Shown here piece after piece: positions 1-9,034 of a stretch of DNA of 64,000 nt. The notes beneath the pieces were generated by a model. That model saw only the letters and a list, made by a program, of their open reading frames with translations, had not been told where the DNA came from and made no database searches. Source of the stretch: a virus; IMG/VR virus record IMGVR_UViG_3300050821_006746, positions 32,001 through 96,000 of that record; one strand, written 5' to 3'. Made by a program: the position numbers and the translations under genes. Every line of letters starts with the position of its first letter. The first letter of the stretch is position 1.

Positions 1-64
1 GTAGTGGCTTATGTTTCTTTTCTGGCATAAATAGAGTATAACACGACAAGAAAGGAGAACACAC

Positions 65-274
65 ATGATTACACCAATGGAGGGCAGGCACGCAATCACG
101 GCGTTTGTCGATGCGCATCCTGTATGGAAAAGCGTGAAGTCCAGCCTAAGCACCCAGGAACGCGATGAAAAGCAGTACATCTACTTTCAGGGATCTGAAA
201 TTGGGGTTGTGTGGCAGGAAGGCCGTAACATTTACGCCGAGTCATTTTGGGGCTATTCACCCAATTTGGTATAG
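65..274 (+). CDS. Hypothetical protein
   Basis: AAGGAG SD upstream; followed by a hairpin terminator. Confidence 0.7.
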   Translation: MITPMEGRHAITAFVDAHPVWKSVKSSLSTQERDEKQYIYFQGSEIGVVWQEGRNIYAESFWGYSPNLV

Positions 275-281
275 CGCCAAA

Positions 282-323
282 TAGCCGCTTGCCTCATCAT
301 CCTGGCAGCGAGGCAAGCAGCTA
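282..323. terminator. Hairpin terminator between convergent genes
   Basis: TAGCCGCTTGCCTC / GAGGCAAGCAGCTA inverted repeat. Confidence 0.65.
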
Positions 324-352
324 ACACAAAGCAGAGTTGTAAGTGAACAATG

Positions 353-604
353 CTACTTCTTCGCAATCACGGTAGAGTGTTTCACGTCAACGACAATAAG
401 CGCATTACGTAGCGAGGTAAGGTAAATAAAGGCAAATAGGCAGAGCAACAGGAAATCGAGGATGGCATGAGCATTCACGCCGAAGGAGCCGCCGAGAATA
501 TCTATAGAAAAGGCGCGACTATCGGGGAAGCGCCAAAAAATAAAGGCTATCCACGATGCGAGCAGGGTAAAGCCCAACGATAAGAGATAAATACGTCGTA
601 ACAC
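353..604 (-). CDS. Small two-TM membrane protein
   Basis: GTG start after AAGGAGG; two hydrophobic segments. Confidence 0.65.
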   Translation of the reverse strand: MLRRIYLLSLGFTLLASWIAFIFWRFPDSRAFSIDILGGSFGVNAHAILDFLLLCLFAFIYLTSLRNALIVVDVKHSTVIAKK

Positions 605-684
605 GGCCGCCTCCTTGCTAGCTTAAATACATGCATAGTGTACCATAGTATATCAGCAAGTGGAAGGGTCTAGTTATAACAAGG

Positions 685-872
685 CGCAAAACGACCGCCC
701 TGGTTTAATGAGCGGTCGTTTTGCGGATCTTCTTCATTTACCTTTTGTGCATGTGTTCCTGCGCTACTCGCTCACTCTTTCTGCTGTGCTTCACTGCTCT
801 ACCCGGTTACGATCCGTACTAGGATGAGTCATGCGAAACTTGTAGCCGGAATGTCCGACTAGAAACATTAAT
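685..872 (-). ncRNA. Putative ~190 nt small RNA
   Basis: Minus-strand promoter TTGAAC-17-TATGAT (907-879); perfect 14-bp hairpin terminator at 685-725; no ORF in the track. Confidence 0.5.
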
Positions 873-892
873 GGCAGAATCATAGCATATCA

Positions 893-1288
893 ATGCAAAT
901 CGTTCAACAAAGGAGCACTATGGAAGAGATTAGACAAAACGATCGGGTACAGGTTGTAGGCATGTGGCCTGATAGTGCAAGAGGCTATGTCAAGCATATC
1001 ACCACGATTGGTGATATGGCTTATGTGGTCTTTGACAAGGTGCAACAGGCCAATGAGGAAGAGGATCACAACTGGTACGAGTACAACTGGTACACGGAAG
1101 AGCACCTGCTGAAAATCGAAAGCCTCAAGTTAGGTGATCGTGTCGAGATCATAGCAGAATGGCCTATTGGTGTGATGGGTACTACTGGCCAAAGGAGCAA
1201 CGATATGATCTGGGTTACGTTTGACCAGGAGCAAGATGGCAGTGATGGAGGCTGGTATCGAGAAGCACATTTGAATAAAATCGTGTAG
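893..1288 (+). CDS. Protein with two tandem SH3/KOW-like repeats
   Basis: Internal duplication DRVxV...WP...VxFD...WYxExHLxKI. Confidence 0.65.
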   Translation: MQIVQQRSTMEEIRQNDRVQVVGMWPDSARGYVKHITTIGDMAYVVFDKVQQANEEEDHNWYEYNWYTEEHLLKIESLKLGDRVEIIAEWPIGVMGTTGQRSNDMIWVTFDQEQDGSDGGWYREAHLNKIV

Positions 1289-1391
1289 AGCGTCAAACAG
1301 CCGTCACGCGGTCTTCCAAGAAACGTGACGGCCATTCTCATCCGGGCACCCACTAGTGTCACCTGGCTAGGGTGTCCAAAGAAAGTATACT

Positions 1392-1646
1392 ATGACTACC
1401 CAAATCAAGCAAGCTGGCTTGCACCTGAGCGCACCAATAGACAACTGCGTTGGCAGGCAATATCGTGTGTCAGATGAGTACTGGACGGAGATCGTGACAA
1501 TCGCCAATGGCTGCGTTCACTGCTCATGTGAGCGACATGAGCACATGGCAGAATGTGAGCACATCATGGTTGTCGAGAAGAGAGAAGAAGAGTATCGTAG
1601 TGAGACACAACGTAGGCTTGAGTATTGTTCGTTATTTGAAGTATAG
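1392..1646 (+). CDS. SWIM-type zinc finger protein
   Basis: CSC-x8-CEH motif. Confidence 0.55.
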   Translation: MTTQIKQAGLHLSAPIDNCVGRQYRVSDEYWTEIVTIANGCVHCSCERHEHMAECEHIMVVEKREEEYRSETQRRLEYCSLFEV

Positions 1647-3323
1647 AAAGTGAATGATATGAGTGTAGAAGTAACAATAGGCGTAAGCACACGAGTAAAA
1701 GCTGATGTGCAATCCTACGGCATCGTAGAAGCCACCGTGATAGCGGTTATTCCAAATGGGGATGGTAGCGACATATATCAACTCGAATGGACCAATACTG
1801 CGTGGCCCAAAGGTGGGACGGCGGTCTCTCGCGATGAGATCATTGAAGTTTTATCAATGGAGGCATAGCATGGATCTCAAATATACCCGTAAAAAGCTCT
1901 CGGAAGCCGCTATGCGCGCAGAGCACGCAAGGACACTCCCACACGACGACAAGGTATTCCACGCCTTTACAGCGGCAATGGGCGCACTATACGCTTGCTT
2001 TGAGTGGCTGCCCGATGATTTGCAGGCTGATGCGAGACAGGCATACGATGCGTTGAATGCCACATTGGAGGAAGATGTCAATGGATGAGCATACAGTCTA
2101 CGCCGCTATAGAGCAAGGTGAGACGGAGTGGCTGGCCCGCATCCTCGAAGCAGACAAAGAGCCATACTACTTCGTGCCAGGCGGTATCTATAGCGGTATT
2201 GCTATGTTGTTCAAGAGCCTGCTGTGCAAGGCACTGAATAATGCATATATGGATGTGGTAATTGTGAGCGAGGATCTGTTTAATCGTAAGGTAGTTGAGC
2301 GAGAGGCACCTGATCTGCTGATTGAGCAGAATATGACACTACCGTAGAAAGAATAAACGCATGAGCGAATATCAAGACCTGAACATGAACAAATACTACA
2401 ACCCGATGGACGAGAACAAAATTTTCGCTTTACCAACGGATACTGTAACCGAACACCCAGACGCACAGGGGAATAAGACGCTTTACATTACCCGACTGCT
2501 TCCCAATGGGAGTCAAATGAACGCTACCACTAAACCTGATAGGACAATCATTTGTAATTGGCATGAATTTTATTGGCAGGAGCTAGAAAGCTATTAATTG
2601 CGGGTTGGTAGACTGCTGTTTGGCGCTTCAGTGTCAGATAGCAGCCTGTCAATTGGCAGGATGGAAGGGCCACTCTCTACTGAGCAGAATGAGAGTGGCC
2701 GCAGAGAGATGAGACGCAATCGTTGGAAGCGAGGTAGCATCTCAGGAGGATTGTATTATGCGAGAGCATAAAAAGCAAGAAACTACCACAGAACATCCCA
2801 CACCACAACAATGGGCTATCACACTCAAAGAGTACGAGATTGCCTTCTCAGATCGTCATTTCTGCCTGACATGCAGTCAATGGGTAGAAGATGAAGGGCA
2901 CGAATGCGCAGAGAGGCAGGCCGCATAATGAGCAGGAAGGAACTCACTCAATTTGTAAACGATGAGGCACTCGTTGATCTGCTGTACACGTCGCTAGAAG
3001 AAGCACATCCTATCGATTGTGAGTGCGCCTGGTGCAACGCTGAGCAAGGACGCGAGCAAGGCGATGGATCTCACGGTATTTGCGGGTATCACCGCGAAGA
3101 AGTCTATCAAGCGTACAAATCGAGTCGTGTGGCATAATGGACGATAAAACTCTTAGCGAGATTGAAACGCGTTTACGTCACGTTGAACAGGATCTCACTT
3201 CAATGCGCGAAGATCTCCAGAAATACGGAGAAGTGCAGGCGATAAGGGATCTGGCAATCGTCAACCTTGCCATCGATATAGAGCGAGTACAGGCGGTACG
3301 TGACATGATTGGCAATTGAACGA

Positions 3324-3357
3324 TATGAGAGCAGGCGCTTGATCGCCTGCTCTCATA
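3324..3357. terminator. Bidirectional hairpin terminator
   Basis: Perfect 14-bp inverted repeat TATGAGAGCAGGCG/CGCCTGCTCTCATA between convergent blocks. Confidence 0.75.
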
Positions 3358-3555
3358 CTATCCGAGTCTTGTTTGTATAGTTGCATATTTCTTTAATGCA
3401 TAGTACACTTGATACGATTTACAAAACATTTTCACGTACACTAACTATACGTGACCTAAGAATGGTGACTCAAATTTTTTTGCGTACTTTCAACTGTGGT
3501 AGGGAGCAAGCACACAAAAAATCGACCGAGCCGCCTTTTCTTTTTGGCTACTTTC

Positions 3556-4371
3556 TCAGGCTTTTTGTCCAGAGATCATCAGTGCATCGATAAACATCTC
3601 GAAGCCTGGTGCCTCAAAGTCGCTGAACACCTGTGCTTTGATGCTTTCAAAAGCCTCCTCATCAAGCACTTCAAAAAGTACTGGTTTAAAAACCTCAAAC
3701 ACGCTGCGCAAATCGGAGAGGAACCCCTCGCGTCCTTCTATGCCAACGCTCAAATCAAGCACGTATGGCTTTTGCTGGATATTGACGAGTCCCAACGCGC
3801 CAAATATCTTAGCAAACTGGTCAACCTGTGCGTAAGATGTCCCCCGTCTTTGGAGCGCCTCCATGAAATATCCATTCCAACGCTGGAGCGCGTCGCTATT
3901 GGAGTGAGGGGGCTGCTTGAAATCGATCACGCAAAATGTAGCACCTGGCTTGAGCAAATGCGCACAGTCCGCGAATATTTCCTGCACTCGTGAACCAAGA
4001 AACCAGCATGCACAACGCATCTGGATATAATCAAACGCCTTTACTTTGCCGCTTGATTTTGCGATATCAAACATATCGCCCTGTTTGTAAGTGATATTCA
4101 CATGCTCTGTGGACGCAAGGGCACGCGCATAATCTAGCAAGAGGGCACTCTTATCCAGGCCAACACACTCAGCATTTGGATAAGCGTGCGCTACTCTTCT
4201 GAGCCATCCTCCTGTGCCGCAAGCCACATCTAGTACACGTTTAGGATGCATGTATCCTGTAAAAAAGAGTGGGAAGAGATCATTGAGCAATTCGTCTTGT
4301 AAACTGAGTCTCCTTGCCTCATCAGCGTCGCTAGGAGGGATAGGATACTGACCTTGCCTGCTGTTTTGCAT
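3556..4371 (-). CDS. Class I SAM-dependent methyltransferase (LaeA-like)
   Basis: VLDVACGTGGW motif I, VGLD, FDYIQMR, LKPG; N-terminal DEARRLSLQD; likely start at 4371. Confidence 0.88.
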   Translation of the reverse strand: MQNSRQGQYPIPPSDADEARRLSLQDELLNDLFPLFFTGYMHPKRVLDVACGTGGWLRRVAHAYPNAECVGLDKSALLLDYARALASTEHVNITYKQGDMFDIAKSSGKVKAFDYIQMRCACWFLGSRVQEIFADCAHLLKPGATFCVIDFKQPPHSNSDALQRWNGYFMEALQRRGTSYAQVDQFAKIFGALGLVNIQQKPYVLDLSVGIEGREGFLSDLRSVFEVFKPVLFEVLDEEAFESIKAQVFSDFEAPGFEMFIDALMISGQKA

Positions 4372-4387
4372 ATCGCCTTCTTTCGTA

Positions 4388-5386
4388 TCAAAACGGAACA
4401 TACGCCCTCGTAGGAAGTTTACCACCATCAAACGAGTGCCGCATGTATCCTGCTAGGATAGGTTCTCCAATGTTTTCAAGCAACGTTGTGGCATTGTTGT
4501 GTATTCTCATGCAGAGATAGCGCTGATCGCTGTCAGGCAACCCTTGCGGATGGCTTTTGCGGATCGGATCTAACATCTCTGCACGTCGCTTTACATTATT
4601 GTGCCGCACAAAATCAGCATCCCACGTTGCCATCTGCTCCTCGTCAAGATCCCAATACCAATCACCAGCAAACTCCCTTGTTTTGCCCCACGCGAGTGAT
4701 CCAATACCTGGAACAGTAACGAAACCAGGATGCCAACTTGCACCGATCCACTGTGAATAGAGCAAGAGATTGGCTGGCAGATCGGGCGAGAGTGGATAAG
4801 GATACATACGTGGCATTTTCTCATCTGGCAATAAGCCCCACACGTAGAACCACGGCGCATCCATTCTCTGACGTGCTGGCATCCAGCGACGCTGTTCTCG
4901 CTTAAAGAGATAGCGCATCATGTAAATACTTGCGACACTATTTGGCTCTAGCGAACTGTGCTTGATTGATCTTAGCAAGTGCTTGTTAAGCCATTCCTGC
5001 ACAGTTGTACGTGGTAACGCCCTAGAAGATGAGTATCTCTCAAATTCACGTCTGAACCAGTCGGGTACTATGCGCTCTGTTTGTGTCCGTGCCTCAGCGG
5101 TTACGGCAGCCACAAGGAAGTACGAGATAGTCTCACGTGCTACTTGGATCTGTTTCCAAATCTGATCGAAAAGTGGTGGAGGCTCTTGTTTACCATAAGA
5201 TGGCAACTTGATTGCGTGAGGATACGCAAAGATATGACGCACGAACGCCTCTGGCAATGGTGCAAAATTTGCCAGATGTGGACGCCATATCGATTCATCA
5301 ATCTCAGGGATCTTGGTTTGTAGCATAAATTTAGGCATCCTTATCGCGTGGTGCTGTAAGTATATCACTCCATCCGTGCATTTCAT
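4388..5386 (-). CDS. Hypothetical protein, possible central MerR-like HTH
   Basis: 332-aa ORF co-oriented with the methyltransferase; LPRTTVQEWLNKHLL segment. Confidence 0.6.
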   Translation of the reverse strand: MKCTDGVIYLQHHAIRMPKFMLQTKIPEIDESIWRPHLANFAPLPEAFVRHIFAYPHAIKLPSYGKQEPPPLFDQIWKQIQVARETISYFLVAAVTAEARTQTERIVPDWFRREFERYSSSRALPRTTVQEWLNKHLLRSIKHSSLEPNSVASIYMMRYLFKREQRRWMPARQRMDAPWFYVWGLLPDEKMPRMYPYPLSPDLPANLLLYSQWIGASWHPGFVTVPGIGSLAWGKTREFAGDWYWDLDEEQMATWDADFVRHNNVKRRAEMLDPIRKSHPQGLPDSDQRYLCMRIHNNATTLLENIGEPILAGYMRHSFDGGKLPTRAYVPF

Positions 5387-5413
5387 CGATATTGCACGTG
5401 GAGGTTTGGCTAT

Positions 5414-5500
5414 CTAATTAAGGACAAGGTGAGAAAGCACAGCAACTATACCACATAAGCCAACAAGAACACAAATAGCAATAAAACAAGTAAATAGCAC
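5414..5500 (-). CDS. 28-aa hydrophobic peptide (not in ORF track)
   Basis: AAGGGAG SD, GTG start, MLFTCFIAICVLVGLCGIVAVLSHLVLN. Confidence 0.45.
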   Translation of the reverse strand: MLFTCFIAICVLVGLCGIVAVLSHLVLN

Positions 5501-5918
5501 GCATCTCCCTTCTGGAAAGCAGAGAATCAACAAAAATACTCAGTATTTCCACCATGCTAAAAAGCACGAAAATCTGCACCTATCAACACCTCGTTGTGTG
5601 ATTTTCCACACTTCAGCCTTGTTATACAAGCAAGCGAAACGTCATAACACCTAATTGCACTGCAAATGCAGTATTCGAGTGAACAGGTAGAGACAAGCAA
5701 CTAGAGTTATAATAAAATGAGGAATTTTTCAGAAACGGCAAATAATCCGCGAACAAAGTACTTGCGGTTCGCGGAGGCATGCATTATTATTAGAGCATAT
5801 CATTTTTCTTTTTGCTCAGGGATGCATCTACTCATATCATTGCGCCAATCCTGAGTAACGAGACAAAACGCAATCATCCGGCTCATAAGAGCCTGCTATA
5901 TAGAAACCGAGGCACAAC

Positions 5919-6158
5919 ATGCCTAGCACAATGATCCAATCTGATATGCCCGTTGTTTTGGGGCATGAAGATGATATCCTCCTAACATTCAAAGAAACCA
6001 TGAAGATGTTGCGTCTTTCTCGCTCTGGTTTGTATCGCGAGATGTGGGATGGCAACATTACGGGATACAAAATCGGGTCAACCTGGAGGTTTTACCGAAA
6101 TGACGCAAGACAGTTACTGCGCCAGGTAATCTACCATCCCGAAAAACGCCCAGCTTAA
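5919..6158 (+). CDS. Excisionase-like HTH_17 DNA-binding protein
   Basis: LLTFKETMKMLRLSRSGLY...GYKIGSTWRF. Confidence 0.85.
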   Translation: MPSTMIQSDMPVVLGHEDDILLTFKETMKMLRLSRSGLYREMWDGNITGYKIGSTWRFYRNDARQLLRQVIYHPEKRPA

Positions 6159-6220
6159 CCCACACACTTACGATTTTTAATCGTGTGAATAGCCATATTA
6201 TCGGCTATCCTGATTAAACC

Positions 6221-6249
6221 TTGTACTATCAGGATCAATATGCTATTCT
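6221..6249 (+). promoter_or_regulatory. Sigma70-type promoter
   Basis: TTGTAC-17-TATTCT with TG extension. Confidence 0.55.
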
Positions 6250-6298
6250 TCTGTCATTCGCTGTTTACAGTGACACAGCAAAGGAGATAACCGCCTTG

Positions 6299-6487
6299 AT
6301 GGCAGAAGAATGGATAACAGTGAACACCATCAGTGCCGAGCTTGGAATAAGCACTGAGAGCGTTCGCAAATACATCAACAAACCAGATGGTATAGTGGCT
6401 ACTCTTGTGGGCAACTCATACCGCATCAAACGTAAAGACTACGAAGACTGGCAGAAAAGACAGGAAGGCAAAAAGAAGAAAACTTAG
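6299..6487 (+). CDS. Excisionase-like HTH_17 protein
   Basis: WITVNTISAELGISTESVRKYI...VGNSYRI; AAGGAG SD. Confidence 0.85.
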   Translation: MAEEWITVNTISAELGISTESVRKYINKPDGIVATLVGNSYRIKRKDYEDWQKRQEGKKKKT

Positions 6488-6683
6488 TGACCGTCAAAAG
6501 AGCAAAAAGATAGCGCCGCCACCTCCTACAGTTTCGGCGCAATCGTCGGCATTCTCATACCTGGCTGGATAGATACTTATCAGGCTTACGCCTTCGGGCA
6601 CAAAAAAGCACAGGCCATCAAACCTCTGCTCCGCCTCAATTTCAGTGACGAGGTTTGTGTCCAGATAAGTCACTATGCTGCAT

Positions 6684-6712
6684 AGCATACGTGTTGAATG
6701 ACCGATTGTCAA
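6684..6712 (-). promoter_or_regulatory. Antisense sigma70 promoter
   Basis: TTGACA-17-TATGCT on the minus strand. Confidence 0.65.
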
Positions 6713-6766
6713 GAATTTGGGCAAAAAATCTGAGGCAAAGAGCGCCCCTGACGGTCATTAGAGAGC

Positions 6767-6985
6767 ATGAGAGACAAAAGAAGAAATGAGAACTATCTTA
6801 CTGTAAAGCAGATAGCAACAATACTTGGCGTATCAGAAAAAAGGGTGCGAGATTACATCAAAAATGAAGGACTCACACCAAAGAAAACACGAGGACGTAA
6901 ACCGTACTTAGTGCATGTAGATGTGTTTAACGCATGGCTTGAGACGCGTACAACATCTGAAGGAGAGAGCAGCGATGACGAATAG
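6767..6985 (+). CDS. Excisionase-like HTH_17 protein
   Basis: YLTVKQIATILGVSEKRVRDYIKNEGL. Confidence 0.85.
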   Translation: MRDKRRNENYLTVKQIATILGVSEKRVRDYIKNEGLTPKKTRGRKPYLVHVDVFNAWLETRTTSEGESSDDE

Positions 6986-7303
6986 GCTATATATGGCAAT
7001 CACCAAAGCAATTATCGTTGTCTCTCTCCTCGTGTTGGCAGTTATCAACACCGCTAAACGCTGGCAATCCCGCAAGGAGCACCACGAAGTGCAACCTACA
7101 CCACAGGATTGCCAGCAACAACAAGAAATAGCCTCCATTATCGAGGAAGAATTTCAGCGAGAAGAGAATTTCAAGGTGTGGTACGCGCAACGCATGGATG
7201 CATCACGCATTATCTTGCCAGAGAAGCAGGTACGCAGGCTCTACGAGACGTATCTGAGCAATGAGAAAATTATCAAATCGCGAGTAGTCAGTGAGGTAGC
7301 AGA

Positions 7304-7513
7304 TTGAAACGACAAGAGAAAAAGACCATCGAAATGCGGGTGTACGTCCCGCAAGGCATACACCGCCTGCTAGTCCAGAGACAGAACAATAATAAGCAAT
7401 TAGACAAGCCCTTCAAGTCGCTATCAGATTTTGCTCTAGATGCGCTGATAGATGGCCTATTTCGAGAAGCGTACTGCGAACAATTGCAAAAAATGAAAGA
7501 GCAACGGACATGA
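7304..7513 (+). CDS. Ribbon-helix-helix-like regulator
   Basis: Alternating strand EMRVYVP followed by helices ending SLSDFALDAL. Confidence 0.5.
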   Translation: MKRQEKKTIEMRVYVPQGIHRLLVQRQNNNKQLDKPFKSLSDFALDALIDGLFREAYCEQLQKMKEQRT

Positions 7514-8467
7514 GTGTAGTTGCAGACCCCCAATACGAGGCAACAGAACCGATGGTATCCGTGTTCTCCCAGAGCGGCGTAGATCATCCTGTTGTCTTAC
7601 CAGAGCTGGTATTACCAGCGCAAGCGCAACCTGCTATCACGCACGACGCACATACGCGACTAGATGACCTCCTATGCGTCAAGCAAATGCAGCAAGGTTT
7701 CAAACTTGACATCATTGCCGTGTGGCTGGCTATTCCGTTGCTTTTCGGTTTAGTCGGTTGTGCCTGGGTCTTATTTATTGCTCAATTTTTCAGATTTTTT
7801 AGTTGATTAGGAGTATTCATGCACGAAGAATTAATTATAGTTGCCTACGATCTCCTGAGCAGTTACGTATTGCCAGGAAAAGCCTACGATGTGCTTGAAG
7901 CACTGGCGTACAGATCATCAATAGTAGATCTGGAACAAGAAGATCCTGATGACATTAATTATAACAAATTGAGAGTTAGTGCCATGAAAGACGCCGTATC
8001 TGCTCTGCACGCTGCGCACAAAAAATGGGACGAAGAAGCCAGCAAGCGACAATCCTTTGCCATTATCGATCCCATTTGGAACGAAGTGGAGATGCAAGCT
8101 TGACTACCACAACACGAGTGCCCTACCGCAAAGTCGATGTGCTAGCACTGCGCATTGACCCCAAGCGAACCTGTGATGTAGTCGAGGACCAGCCAGACGG
8201 CGCTACACACGTCAAAGTACGGTGGTTCGGTAAGACGATAGAAGAATACATCAGAAACGAAGATGTCATGCCACTTGGGCAAAGGCCGATAGAAGAGGTA
8301 ATATGAGCCATTTTGACTAGCGAAACACATACCAATTGGTACGCCTACACGCACTGATAGGTACGTGCTTATGAGTCACAGTAAATCAATATTAATCTGG
8401 AATGATTCCGCTCAGCGGAAAATTGGTAAAAATTAAGTAGAAGAAAGTACCAGGCAGGAGTTGAGAA

Positions 8468-9034
8468 ATGAACAAAATACCAACGCTCTTTTTGCGCAAT
8501 CCTGAGAACATGAAACTAGTTACTCGCGAGGTTAACCCAGATGCGGCGTGGGTAGTCGACGTTTACGGCTTCCCTACCGTCAAAAAAGACGGCACAAACA
8601 TTCGTGTCGCCACAGAAAACGGCATTTGTACCTTTGTTGAAAAGCGGCGCAATCCCACGCGAGAAGAAAAGGCAGTGGGCGCTGAACCTGGCTACGTTGA
8701 TGCGCATCCCAACGATCCTGCCGACAAACACATTTTTGCTGCTGTGGATGCTACCAATTTCACTGATTGGCCTGATGGTGCATGGCCGTGTGAGGCGTTG
8801 GGGCCAAAAATACAGGGTGGCATTGAAAGTCGTGTGCCGTGTCTCTATCCATTTTCATTTGAGCCTGAATATATCTACGCGCAATTTCTGAGAGATTTCG
8901 ATGCCATCAAAGCGTATCTGGAGTCGCATCCTATCGAGGGGATTGTTTGGCACGATCGGGTACATGAGCGATTCGCGAAGATCAAGCGTAGGGATTTTAA
9001 TCTACCGTGGCCTCCAACAAAGAGAGAGAAATAA
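8468..9034 (+). CDS. RNA ligase-like nucleotidyltransferase (DUF5565/RLIG1-like)
   Basis: Motif I KKDGTN, CEALG, EGIVW, AKIKRRDF; N-terminal KIPTLF. Confidence 0.8.
   Translation: MNKIPTLFLRNPENMKLVTREVNPDAAWVVDVYGFPTVKKDGTNIRVATENGICTFVEKRRNPTREEKAVGAEPGYVDAHPNDPADKHIFAAVDATNFTDWPDGAWPCEALGPKIQGGIESRVPCLYPFSFEPEYIYAQFLRDFDAIKAYLESHPIEGIVWHDRVHERFAKIKRRDFNLPWPPTKREK

Noticed and set aside
818-845. Hammerhead-like GATGAGTC..CGAAAC
   Set aside because: Lacks the CUGA core and flanking stems I and III
8303-8374. In-frame TAG suggesting stop-codon recoding
   Set aside because: Core genes (capsid, protease, chaperone) end normally at TAG and are uninterrupted under the standard code
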